In this document: positions 36,074 to 48,448 of the stretch, piece after piece
How the letters are laid out: each line of letters opens with the position of its first letter
Numbering within the stretch: the first letter of the stretch is position 1
Assembly (NCBI GenBank): GCA_950097015.1
Contig: CATNEN010000030.1
Location: forward strand, 2,666,001-2,730,000
Reading direction: 5' to 3'
DNA length: 64,000 nt
Source of the DNA: Macrostomum hystrix
Lineage: Eukaryota; Animalia; Platyhelminthes
Translations under genes and position numbers: made by a program
The notes under the pieces: model-generated
Database searches by the model: none
What the model was told of the DNA's origin: nothing
What the model saw: only the letters and a program-made list of their open reading frames with translations

Positions 36074-39000
36074 TTAGCCGAGCACGTGCTTCTGCAAATA
36101 CTGCAGAAATTCCAAATAGGACATGCTGGAATCGGTCCGATCCTCGATCAGAAATGGCGCCAATGGTGCCAGAGACGCGGCTGACGGCGTCAGGGTTAGG
36201 GTGGTCAACGGAACAGCACCTGGTCGATCCATCCGCAGTCTGTCTGCGAAGGCGCGAGCTCTCGACGTTAGGCGTTGAAGCCGATCGCTGTTGGCGCCGT
36301 CGGGAGAGGACGCTGGTAGGGCTAGAATTAACCGATGGCCAGCGTCAAGTAGGTAGGCCCCGCCAGGGTCGATTTGGCTGGAGCTCGGCTGCAGGCGTGG
36401 AGGAGGCAGAGGCGGCTGCGACTGATGCGTCTCGGTGTCCTGCTGCGATTCTGGCCACAGGTGCAGTGCGTACAGCGACGGTAACAGCTGTTGCAGAAGT
36501 GAGCGCAGTGGGCTAGTTCGCAGCTGCAGTTTAGAGGAAAGAGGATTCTCATTAAATGAGTGGTCATGAATGGTAGCTTGATGATTGGACAACAATGGGC
36601 TGCGGTGATTGACTGCGGTGACAATGGGCTGCGGTGATTGACTGCGGTGACAATGGCCTGTGGTGACAATGGGCTGAGGTGACAATGGGCTGCGGTGACA
36701 ATGGCCTGCGGTGACAATGGGCTGCGGTGACAATGGCCTGCGGTGACAATGGGCTGCGGTGATTCACTGTGGTGACAATGGGTTGCGGTGACACTGGGCT
36801 GCGGTGACAATGGGCTGCGGTGACAATGGTATGTCGTGATTCACTGTGGTGACAATGGGCTGCGGTGACAATGGTCTGTGGTGATTCACTGTGGTGACAA
36901 TGGGCTGCGGTGACAATGGTCTGCGGTGACAATGGTCTGCGGTGATTCACTGTGGTGACAATGGTCTGCGGTGATTCACTGTGGTGACAATGGTCTGTGG
37001 TGATTCACTGTGGTGACAATGGGCTGCGGTGACAATGGTCTGTGGTGATTCACTGTGGTGACAATGGGCTGCGGTGACAATGGTCTGTGGTGATTCACTG
37101 TGGTGACAATGGGCTGCGGTGACAATGGTCTGCGGTGACAATGGTCTGCGGTGATTCACTGTGGTGACAATGGTCTGCGGTGATTCACTGTGGTGACAAT
37201 GGTCTGCGGTGATTCACTGTGGTGACAATGGTCTGCGGTGATTCACTGTGGTGACAATGGTCTGCGGTGATTCACTGTGGTGACAATGGTCTGCGGTGAT
37301 TCACTGTGGTGACAATGGTCTGCGGTAAGGGGGTCGGTGGCAGAGCGGTTATCGCGTTTGCCACTCGCACCACGGTCCCTAAGTTCGATTCCACGGCGAG
37401 GCCACATTTATTTGGGGCGCAGCCGCGGAGAGAAGGCTTGGGGGCTTGTCGTGCAATTTACGCCCTTGTGGGCCAACCTCCAAGATAACACTGCCTGACG
37501 ATGAGAAAGTCAGGGCAGATGTACACACCTGTGTGAGCGTATGCCTGCGTTCAGTATCTGTGTGCGTGTGTGCTCAGGAGTCAGCGAAATGGGCAGAATT
37601 GCCTCCTCGCTAACTGCGGGTCTAGTGTCACCAAATGATGTGCAATTGCCCGCAGCCCTCCTGCAATCATTAATATTATTATTATTATTATGGTCTGCGG
37701 TGACAATGGGCTGCGGTGACAATGGGCTGCGGTGACAATGGTCTGCGGTGATTCACTGTGATGACAATGGGCTGCGGTGACAATGGTCTACGGTGATTCA
37801 CTGTGGTGACAATGGGCTGCGGTGATTCACTGTGGTGACAATGGTCTGCGGTGATTCACTGTGGTGACAATGGGCTGCGGTGATTCACTGTGGTGACAAT
37901 GGGCTGCGGTGATTCACTGTGGTGACAATGGTCTGCGGTGATTCACTGTGGTGACAATGGGCTGCGGTGATTCACTGTGGTGACAATGGGCTGCGGTGAT
38001 TCACTGTGGTGACAATGGGCTGCGGTGACAATGGTCTACGGTGATTCACTGTGGTGACAATGGGCTGCGGTGATTCACTGTGGTGACAATGGGCTGCGGT
38101 GATTCACTGTGGTGACAATGGGCTGCGGTGATTCACTGTGGTGACAATGGTCTGCGGTGATTCACTGTGGTGACAATGGTCTGTGGTGATTCACTGTGGT
38201 GACAATGGTCTGCGGTGATTCACTGTGGTGACAATGGTCTGCGGTGATTGACTGTGGTGACAATGGGCTGCGGTGATTGACTGTGGTGACAATGGTCTGC
38301 GGTGATTGACTGTGGTGACAATGGGCTGCGGTGATTGACAGTAGTGACAATGGGTTGCGGTGATTCACTGTGGTGACAATGGGCTGCGGTGATTCACTGT
38401 GGTGACAATGGGTTGCGGTGATTCACTGTGGTGACTGTTAAATATCAAACTGACCACAGCAATAGCAGCCGCCCTCTCATCTTGCTGGTTAACATCCGCC
38501 CTGAATGCAGGCCACTTCAACAGTGCCAGAATGAGCAGCGGCAGCAGCCGCAGTCCAGTTGGCAGCCAGAGGCCGCCGGAGCCGCGCTGACCGCTAGCTC
38601 TGGCGTAGGCAGCCAGAGGATCGGCTGCCGCGTTCACCAGGGCATCGCGGGCGTCAGTGAGACGGCTGGCGCCGGTCAGAACCCGCTCCGCGCCCAGCTG
38701 GGCCAGCAGGCCGGTGATCTAAATTTGTGAGGAGCAGCAAATAAAGCTTAATCAAATTCGTTATGATCAGTTTCAGGTGGATTCAGATTCGTTATGAGCA
38801 TTTTTAAGAGAATTTAGATTCGTTATGAGCAGTTTCAGGTGGATTCAGATTCGTTATGAGCAGTTTCAGGTGGATTCAGATTCGTTATGAGCAGTTTCAG
38901 GTGGATTCAGATTCGTTATGAGCAGTTTCAGGTGTAGTCAGATTCGTTATGAGCAGTTTCAGGTGTAGTCAGATTCGTTATGAGCCGCTTCAGGTGGATT

Positions 39001-42000
39001 CAGATTCGTTATGAGCAGTTTCAGGTGGATTCAGATTCGTTATGAGCAGTTTCATGTGTAGTCAGATTCGTTATGAGCAGTTTCAGGTGTAGTCAGATTC
39101 GTTATGAGCAGTTTCAGGTGTAGTCAGATTCGTTATGAGCAGTTTCAGGTGTAGTCAGATTCGTTATGAGCAGTTTCAGGTGGATTCAGATTCGTTATGA
39201 GCAGTTTCAGGTGTAGTCAGATTCGTTATGAGCAGTTTCAGGTGGATTCAGATTCGTTATGAGCAGTTTCAGGTGTAGTCAGATTCGTTATGAGCAGTTT
39301 CAGGTGTAGTCAGATTCGTTATGAGCAGTTTCAGGTGTAGTCAGATTCGTTATGAGCAGTTTCAGGTGGATTCAGATTCGTTATGAGCAGTTTCAGGTGT
39401 AGTCAGATTCGTTATGAGCAGTTTCAGGTGTAGTCAGATTCGTTATGAGCAGTTTCAGGTGTAGTCAGATTCGTTATGAGCAGTTTCAGGTGTAGTCAGA
39501 TTCGTTATGAGCAGTTTCAGGTGGATTCAGATTCGTTGTGAGCAGTTTCAGGTGGATTCAGATTCGTTATGAGCAGTTTCAGGTGGATTCAGATTCGTTA
39601 TGAGCAGTTTCATGTGTAGTCAGATTCGTTATGAGCAGTTTCAGGTGTAGTCAGATTCGTTATGAGCAGTTTCATGTGTAGTCAGATTCGTTATGAGCAG
39701 TTTCAGGTGTAGTCAGATTCGTTATGAGCAGTTTCAGGTGTAGTCAGATTCGTTATGAGCAGTTTCAGGTGTAGTCAGATTCGTTATGAGCAGTTTCAGG
39801 TGTAGTCAGATTCGTTATGAGCAGTTTCAGGTGGATTCAGATTCGTTATGAGCAGTTTCAGGTGGATTCAGATTCGTTATGAGCAGTTTCAGGTGGATTC
39901 AGATTCGTTATGAGCAGTTTCATGTGTAGTCAGATTCGTTATGAGCAGTTTCAGGTGTAGTCAGATTCGTTATGAGCAGTTTCATGTGTAGTCAGATTCG
40001 TTATGAGCAGTTTCAGGTGTAGTCAGATTCGTTATGAGCAGTTTCAGGTGTAGTCAGATTCGTTATGAGCAGTTTCAGGTGTAGTCAGATTCGTTATGAG
40101 CAGTTTCAGGTTAATTCAGATTCGCTATGAGCAGTTTCAGGTGGATTCAGATTCGTTATGAGCAGTTTCAGGTGTAGTCAGATTCGTTATGAGCAGTTTC
40201 ATGTGTAGTCAGATTCGTTATGAGCAGTTTCAAGTGTAGTCAGATTCGTTATGAGCCGCTTCAGGTGGATTCAGATTCGTTATGAGCAGTTTCAGGTGGA
40301 TTCAGATTCGTTATGAGCAGTTTCAGGTGGATTCAGATTCGTTATGAGCAGTTTCAGGTGTAGTCAGATTCGTTATGAGCAGTTTTAGGTGTAGTCAGAT
40401 TCGTTATGAGCCGCTTCAGGTGGATTCAGATTCGTTATGAGCAGTTTCAGGTGGATTCAGATTCGTTATGAGCAGTTTCATGTGTAGTCAGATTCGTTAT
40501 GAGCAGTTTCAGGTGTAGTCAGATTCGTTATGAGCAGTTTCAGGTGTAGTCAGATTCGTTATGAGCAGTTTCAGGTGTAGTCAGATTCGTTATGAGCAGT
40601 TTCAGGTGTAGTCAGATTCGTTATGAGCAGTTTCAGGTGTAGTCAGATTCGTTATGAGCAGTTTCAGGTTAATTCAGATTCGCTATGAGCAGTTTCAAGT
40701 GAATTCAGATTCACTATGAGCAGTTTCAAGTGAATTCAGATTCGCTATGAGCAGTACCAAGTCTAATACAAAATCGTCACGATCTCTAGAAAATATTTTT
40801 TGTTGCTACGAGCAGCTTAAAGGTCGATTATTATCTAGCATGAGCAGTGATACTGAGCAGAAGCTTACAGCCCGATGATCGGCGCACGCGAACACGGTAT
40901 CTATGCGGGTGGTGGCAGGCAGGCCCAGTGTGTGCACCCGGATCCGCCTGTCACCCTTCCGACCGGTGTACAGCAGGGCAGCCTGGAAGACAATGGGTTC
41001 CGAGCCAGCGCTGGCGTTGGTGGCTCCATCGCTGATGCCCAGCTGAACAGCGAACCCGGCGTCAGGACTAGCGCAGGGCAGCACCACCAGGTCTGTGGCG
41101 CGGACGAAGCAGGAGCCATAGAATGCGGCCACATTATAGCCGTTCGAGCAGCGGATTCGTAGCACAGCCTTGGAGGGTGCAAGCAAATCAAGCTGAGATT
41201 CACAGATTGGTTCGATTCGTACACCAAAAAGTGAATGAGGGTCCTAATCCTCCTGATCCTATAAAGACAGGATACTGATCCTATAAAGACAGGATCCTGA
41301 TCCTATAAAGACAAGAACCTGATCCTATAAAGACAGGATCCTGATCCTATAAAGACAGGATCCTGATCCTATAAAGACAGGATCCTGATCCTATAAAGAC
41401 AGGATCCTGATCCTATAAAGACAGGATCTAGATCCTAAAAAGACAGGATCCTGATCCTATAAAGACAGGATCCTGATCCTATAAAGACAGGATCTAGATC
41501 CTAAAAAGATAGGATCCTGATCCTATAAAGACAGGATCCTGATCCTATAAAGACAGGATCTAGATCCTAAAAAGATAGGATCCTGATCCTATAAAGACAG
41601 GATCCTGATCCTGTAAAGACAGGATCTAAATCCTAAAAAGACAGGATCCTGATCCTATAAAGACAGGATCCTGATCCTTTAAAGACTGGATCCTGATCCT
41701 AAAAAGACAGGATCCTGATCCTATAAAGACAGGATCCTGATCTTAAAAAAAAGACAGGATCCTGATCCTATAAAGACAGGATACTGATCCTATAAAGACA
41801 GGATCTAGATCCTAAAAAGACAGGATCTAGATCCTAAAAAGACAGGATCTAGATCCTAAAAAGACAGGATCTAGATCCTAAAAAGACAGGATCCTGGTCC
41901 TAAAAAGACGGAATCCTGATCCTCTAAAGACAGCCTTTTTCGATGCAAAAAATCGCAATCCCAATCCCTAGAAGCCTGACTACCTCGACACCCAGCTTGC

Positions 42001-44738
42001 GGGTTAGGTGTCGGGTCAAATCGGCAGACAGCTTGTCGGCGTCCTCTGGCATGCGCGGGTAGCGGTGCACCCGGCCAGACGTGTACAGAGCAGCGGGCAT
42101 CACCGAGGCCAGGTCAAGCTGGCTAGCACCGATGCAGAATAAATCTACAGACAGCTGGACATTGCAATATTCCAACGCCTGTCTCTTGTAGTAATCTGTG
42201 ACCGGCTGGCCGGCCGTCTGGTCAGTGTCGCTTTCCGTTGGCCGGGCGGCGAGGGCGCCAGGCTCAATTGACGGCCGAGAGGCTAGGAATAGCAGCAGGC
42301 GGCCTCCACTGGACTGGGCCATTCTGTTACAAAGATGGGATGAATTGGGAATTTAATTTATGCAGCCATAAGACAATATGTGTGGAGGAATGAGATGCTG
42401 TATGTGGGAGAATCCCTATTATAAAGCTGAAGAATGAGATGCTGTGTGTGGAAGAATCCCTATTATAAGGTTTAGGAATGTGAGGCTAGGTGTATAAGAA
42501 TCCTAATTGGGATAAGGGAACGGAAGGCTGGGTGTATAAGAATCCCAGTGGTGATAAGGGAACGGAAGACTGGGTGTATAAGAATCCCAGTGGGGATAAG
42601 GGAACGGAAGGCTGGGTGTATAAAAATCCCAGTGGGGATAAGGGAACGGGATGCTGGGTGTATAAGAATCCCAATGGGGATAAGGGAACGGGATGCTGGG
42701 TGTATAAGAATCCCAATGGGGATAAGGGAACGGGATGCTGGGTGTATAAGAATCCCGCTGTCGCACCGGTGGGCGGTGGCCAGCGCTGCTCCGAGACAGC
42801 AGCCGGGCACAGGCGGAAACTTTATCTGAGGCAGAGTTTCCAACAGTTCAACGATGGCATCGCGACATTCGGAGATCGGCACCAGCAGGCCCTCAGGTGT
42901 TGGCAGGGAAGCGTCGCCATCAAGATCTGGTATCGCCAGCAGCCGCGGCCGCGGTCCATCTAGTCGGTACAGATGCAGGATGCCGTTGAAGGTGATGACA
43001 GACAGCTGGGTGCGGGCATCGCCAGGCAGCTGGTCCAGACAGCGGAGCAGGGTGCGCGTGACGGCCGTCAGGTAGGCGGTGGCGGCCTTGGCAACGGCAG
43101 GGTCAGGTGACAAAGTCTGGGAGACATCCAACGCTATAATGTAAGTGGCCGGAGGCGGTGGCCGAACCGAATACTCCTGGGTGGCAACGAACTCCACAGT
43201 GCCGCAGCGAATCTCCGGGCGTCGGCTAGGATCGCCGAAGTGCTAAGTTGGATGATTAAAAATAGACGCCTTAACTTGGTCCACTTAATTACTCCGTTGA
43301 ACGTATAGTTACCCCAGGACTGCGCGTCATTGGTTGTAAAAGACATTTTAGGGTCATTGAACCTATAAAATTGCACCTGCTCACGAAACTAACTAATTTA
43401 TTAGGAATTTATCGCAGACCATGGTAACTCGTATTAAACATAGTTTACCAAAAAAAAGTCGTCTAGTTATAGTTTACACACTTGGTTTCTGTGCGCGTGT
43501 TTCTCGCTGGCTGCGGGTCTAATGTCACCAAGTGATGTGACAGTGTCCACAGCCCTACGCAATTACTATTATTATTATTATTCTAAGGACGTCACTTGTA
43601 CATTGATTATGTAATTATACACATTATAACACAATATGTTTGCTAGTCGCACCTGTGAGACAGGATCGTATAGAAACTCTTCGGGCAGATCGTTCTCAAG
43701 ATAGCACAGACTGCAGCGCCACCTCCTCTGGCTGGGGAAGCGCACATAAGGATTGATGTAGGCCCGGCAGGCCTGGCAGCGCACAATGACGCTGGCCTGA
43801 ATAACTGGCAGGCTGCGCAGGTCTTTAAACGGTTGCGTCACCAGGCCAAGCGGGAGGCGGCATTTGCGCAAAAGTTCCGCGCTAGACGGCACAGCGTTTA
43901 AAGTGCAGCACATCACATCCGGGTCGCAGTTGGCATCGGCGGGAAAAGGATGGCCAAGCGGCGGCGGGGTGGCCGTCTCCACAGAGTCCGGGCCGTGTGG
44001 CTGCAGTAGCAGACGTTCGCGCAGCAGATTCACAGAGTTATCGGAACTGCTCATCTGCTGGAACTGTGGAGGCTGCAGAGCAGGCTGTGGCGGACCAATC
44101 GGCGGAGGCTGCATCGGTAACGGCGGTGCCATTAGTTGGGCTGCTGCCGACACAAAGGATGGAGGCGCTGATGGGTATGAAGCCACTGGAGGCCTTGGCG
44201 GCGGGGGCGGAGGACCAACAGGAGGCCGCTGAGCAGGCGACATAGGAGGAGGCAGAGGCACGCGGGTTGTCGCCATCGGAGGCATGGTCGGCGGAGGTGG
44301 TCCAACAGTTCGCGCGCCTGGAAACACCGGTGGAAACGGCTGGCTAAAAGCAGCGGAGCCAACGATATTAGGTCTTACTGGTGGCGGCCCTAGCGGCGGC
44401 TGTGGCGTCCCAACTGGAGCAGGCCACACTGGCGATGGAGCAGAGAAATTCTGCTGCTTTGGCGCCAGAGTTGGACCTTGGGGATAAATTGTATGGGGCT
44501 GATTGCTGGGTAGTGTTGGCCTAACAGGTGTCGGATACGGAAGAGCCATATGCTCAGAAGCAAACTGAGGCCTGATAGAGGCTGTTGCTGCATGGCCCAG
44601 CTGGCCAGCAAAGCCAGGTGTGGCCACACCTACAGCAGCTGGAGCAGTTGCTATTGGAATGAAAGATCCAACTGGTTGAGCAGAGGACATTTGACTGACA
44701 CCATTCGACAGTGGTTCATGTTGCTCTGGCTGCTGCAT
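36074..44738 (-). CDS. SEC24B: COPII coat subunit SEC24, A/B type, ~970 aa (exons 44738-43653, 43242-42767, 42323-41984, 41168-40869, 38718-38455, 36523-36074)
   Basis: Pro-rich N-terminus; zinc finger RCQACRAYINP...WRCSLC; trunk RPP.PATYIIALDVS; AVLRIRCS; FQAALLYT..GDRRIRVHT; C-terminal IEDRTDSSMSYLEFL. Six exons join in frame. Start uncertain (acceptor at 44776-44777, first ATG at 44738). SEC24A vs SEC24B not resolvable. Confidence 0.93.
36590..38432. repeat. Intronic minisatellite of mixed 13/16-bp units (ggtgacaatgggctgc / ggtgattcactgt), interrupted by a SINE
   Basis: Fills the last SEC24 intron. Confidence 0.95.
37327..37689 (+). mobile_element. tRNA-SINE family B, full-length reference copy
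   Basis: Box A GGTGGCAGAGCGGTTA, box B AGTTCGATTCC, (TTA)n tail; flanked by atggtctgcggt at 37315-37326 and 37690-37701. Confidence 0.92.
38755..40755. repeat. Intronic minisatellite, 31-bp unit (tcagattcgttatgagcagtttcaggtgtag)
   Basis: About 64 copies in a SEC24 intron. Confidence 0.97.
41245..41922. repeat. Intronic minisatellite, 22-bp unit (gatcctataaagacaggatcct)
   Basis: About 30 copies in a SEC24 intron. Confidence 0.95.
42487..42756. repeat. Intronic minisatellite, 42-bp unit (ctgggtgtataagaatcccaatggggataagggaacgggatg)
   Basis: About 6.5 copies abutting the SEC24 donor at 42766. Confidence 0.92.
43490..43580 (+). mobile_element. 3' fragment of SINE family B in SEC24 intron 1
   Basis: ctcgctggctgcgggtctaatgtcaccaa...cagccct followed by (tta)n. 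Confidence 0.78.
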
Positions 44739-46405
44739 TAGTGTATTGTCTTTAATAGCATATGCTAGTGGGTTTCTGAAATTGGTTAGCAAATATTTCA
44801 TGTACTAGAGCTCATTTTCATTGACTTCTGCTTTTAATTAAGTTAATTGATATGAAAATCTTAGAGATTTATTATATTTATAATAGATGTTTAGATTATG
44901 TTAATTGGGTTTATTTAGTGACATACTTTGCAAACTATAGATGTTCATATTAAATGTCAGAAAACTTTAAATCTAAGTAAAATTTATTTATATTTTTCTG
45001 TTGATTAAAATGTATTTACATAAAAATTGGTAATAATAATTTTGCAAATGTCTCTGGGATTTTAATTTAAGAATATAGAACTGAATGAACTTTAATTAGA
45101 AGAGTTCAGTGTAAACACAAAGAAGATTCAGCAATACAAGTAAAATATTAGGTAGCTAGCTTACTTTTTCTGGTAGCCATGCTAGACATTATAAATAACT
45201 AGCTAGGCCTACCTAATATGGTCAAGGCTTTAGCAGGAGGTCAATGAGTGCACTATGTTGTTTAAACACAATGCAATATCCAGGTAAACATTTTACAAGT
45301 GATAGACCTAAAATTATAACTTGGCCTACTGCACAATCAAATAGGCCCCTAATCACTAAAATAATAATTTCTCAAAAGTTTTAGGGCAATATCAAACTGA
45401 TTATATATGTTAGTGGTTGCCACAATCAGCCTGATCAGCAGTTTTACATACATTAATGGATCTAGCAAGATTTCCCAATGGCATTAAAATTCCCAGAAAA
45501 CTTTGAACTTTTAGAATAATTGACAGGTTGTAGTGCTTCCATGTTCTTTCTACTCACACAACTATTTCAAAGCCACAATCAAGTAGCAGCTATTATTTCA
45601 CGTGGTCAAGGCTGAACTAGACAGTTTACCTCCAGCAATGACCCTCTATCAATGGTGAGTTGCTGCATGAACCCCAATTGTGAAGGAATTTACTGGTGTG
45701 GTTGCAGCAGCCAACTGTGGCATTTGGGACTGCCAGATAGTGTGTTTCATCCCTAGAAGCATTGCAGGAGATGTAACTTTATAAAAATTTATAAAATCAC
45801 AACATACATAACAAATTAGAACTCGGGACTACTTAAGTCCTTGAGGCAATAAAATTAAAGGATGGTGTTTCTTATCACGTTCCTGTTATAGTTTCTTTTC
45901 TTATGTTTTTGTTTTGTGTTACTCACAAATTAGGCCAAAAACTATAATGCTACATTTATTCCCAATTATGTGACGTCATGAGCTCTGTGATCTATATAAG
46001 TCAAAATATCGCATCGCTAGAGTATAGGTATAATGATTGCTTTGATGAAGAGGAATTCCGTAATCCGTACCTCTTCTACAAAACAACTCTAGAGTCTACA
46101 GACTACATTGCTTTGCCTCTAATCCTACAGTTTTCTAAAAAAATTGTATATACTTTTAAATTCTCTTTATACTATGCTTAAATAAACTCATATTTACATA
46201 TGCGTTCAATAACCTTAATCGGCACTGATAACTCTCATTCAAATGAAATCCTAGGCCTTCGAACACGTACGTCGTGTACGTCATCATTTAATTTTCTTTC
46301 TTAGCTTTATTCGATTTTAAATTGGCGCTAAAAAGCGTCACGATATTACAATCACATTCAAACCAAGCCATTCATTGATTATATGAGGCCTTAGTACGCT
46401 CCGAC

Positions 46406-46435
46406 CACAGAATACACAGAATACAGTATTCTGTG
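46406..46435. mobile_element. 30-bp micro-MITE with 10-bp TIRs and 8-bp TSD
   Basis: cacagaatac-acagaataca-gtattctgtg flanked by perfect gctccgac at 46398-46405 and 46436-46443. Confidence 0.65.
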
Positions 46436-47347
46436 GCTCCGACGTTCTTAAAATCACTCTTTAGCTTTATTTCTGTGTGTAGAGAGGACCATGGGTTTGT
46501 CACACACTTCTGTCTAGTGTGTACCTAGTGTGTAAAGAAACGATCACGAAAACTCGCGTCTTGCCAGTCAGTTCAAATTTAAAATTTTAATGTTAAATAT
46601 CACAAAATAAACTGTCGTTTCTGTGGATTTACTGGTATTAATGTAGAACATAGAAGTCCAAGATAATACCATTGCGTCATGTCGCAGTTAAGCAGATGGA
46701 ACTAGAACTTTTCATGAATCATGATCAACGATAAATCGACGACGATTTTGAGAACTAAAGTTATGGCTTGGCCATGACTTATGCCATGACTTAAAGTATT
46801 GCCTAATCTGTCTATGCCTTCCTAGCTATTCTTCCATGAATCCATGGCAATAAGTCGGCAATTGTTGCCTTAAAATTATTTTAGAAGATGTAGGCCTAGG
46901 AGCCTTTTTTATGGTTGGAGCATTCAATATGGACCTTTTGCCATGGACTAGTAGTACTGTAACTGTAACAATGGTCTGCAAGTTATTGGCACAGAACCAT
47001 GTCAATAAGCACTGCCTATTAAACAAAATTTATGGCTTAGATCGACCTGTAGGTAGTACAAAATAGACCTAGAAGGTTTATTTCAGGTCAGTTAGGGCCT
47101 ATTCCATTGGCATAGGCCCTAGTCATAGGCCTAGTGGTTTCCAGTCTTTTTGTCTGCCATAATCTTCTCTGCTATTATGCTAACTTACGCTACCTTTAAA
47201 AGAAAATTTGTACAAGCTTGTCTAGGCCTAGACTACCATAAGAAAAATTAAAGTAAATTTGTCTGTTATCGCTTTTATTATCACAATAATTTTTTTGTAT
47301 TGATTAGTTAAAATGTGCATACCAGGGAATTAGCTTGTGGTTTGTGG

Positions 47348-48289
47348 GGGTCCTAGTCGTTTCGTCAACTGCCGTTTTGTCAACTGACCATTTCGTCAAC
47401 TCGAGTTTTACATTGGTTGTTTCGTCAACTGGTTAATAAGATGCTCTCCAACCTTGGTCACTTCATTAACTGTCGAATGGGGATCTCTACAATCTTGGGC
47501 ACTTCGTCAACTGCCAATGACAATAGCTAATTATTCCATTAACTTCTCCGAGCTCCCGACTTCAATGCGCTTTCGTTATCTTAACAAAAATGATCTTAAC
47601 AACGATATCTTAGAAAATATATATAGATATCGTTGTATATAGAACATTCTATATAGAAAAAATGGCGCTTTGGGCCATTGGGGTGCTGGACTTAGCACAG
47701 ACTTAGAGACGATTGTACAATACTCTCCTTCTCCGAATGAACTGCATAATACGACTTAGCGTATCGAAATTCTGTTACTTCTTAATTGCTTGGGTTCCGC
47801 TCAGCCAGCGGAGGAGGGAGGAGGGGGAGTGGGGGAGGGTCCAGGGACATTTTTTGACTCGTGTGTGATATTAGCACCAGGGTGCGAGCCCGCGGGGATA
47901 GCAACCCCGGACTTCGTCAACTGCCAGTGATGGGGCCCAAACATGTTGGTCACTTCGTCAACTGCCAGTGATGGGGCCCAAACATGTTGGTCACTTCGTC
48001 AACCGCCAGTGATGGGGCCCAAACATGTTGGTCACTTTGTCAACCGCCAGTGATGGGGACCAAACATGTTGGTCACTTCGTCAACTGCCAGTGATGGGGC
48101 CCAAGCATGTTGGTCACTTCGTCAACCGCCAGTGATGGGGCCCAAACATGTTGGTCACTTCGTCAACTGCCAGTGATGGGGCCCAAACATGTTGGTCACT
48201 TCGTCAACTGCCAGTAAGGCCGCCCACGCATTTTGGTCATTTCGTCAACGAGTTGGGGAAATGGCTAGTTGATGAAGTGACCATCACCC
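47348..48289. mobile_element. Non-autonomous TIR DNA transposon, 942 bp, 8-bp TSD
   Basis: Imperfect 23-bp TIRs GGGTCCTAGTCGTTTCGTCAACT / GGGTGATGGTCACTTCATCAACT (17/23), TSD gtttgtgg at 47340-47347 and 48290-48297, dispersed ttcgtcaac motifs and an internal 41-bp array. Confidence 0.82.
47912..48215. repeat. 41-bp tandem array inside the TIR element (cttcgtcaactgccagtgatggggcccaaacatgttggtca)
   Basis: About 7 copies. Confidence 0.92.
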
Positions 48290-48448
48290 GTTTGTGGGAA
48301 GGTGTTGCCCTTTGTAAGTAGGCCCTAGAATGCCAAGAGTAGGGCCTACAAAGCCATCAAATCAAATGCTTAATTCTTAGTAGTAACTTTAATAATTTTT
48401 GTGCTAGGCCTATCTTAAATCTTACTACTTAGTATTCAAATAGGCAGA

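Noticed and set aside
38755-48215. CRISPR-like appearance of the 31-bp and 41-bp arrays
   Set aside because: The units are contiguous with no unique spacers, there are no cas genes, and the context is eukaryotic.
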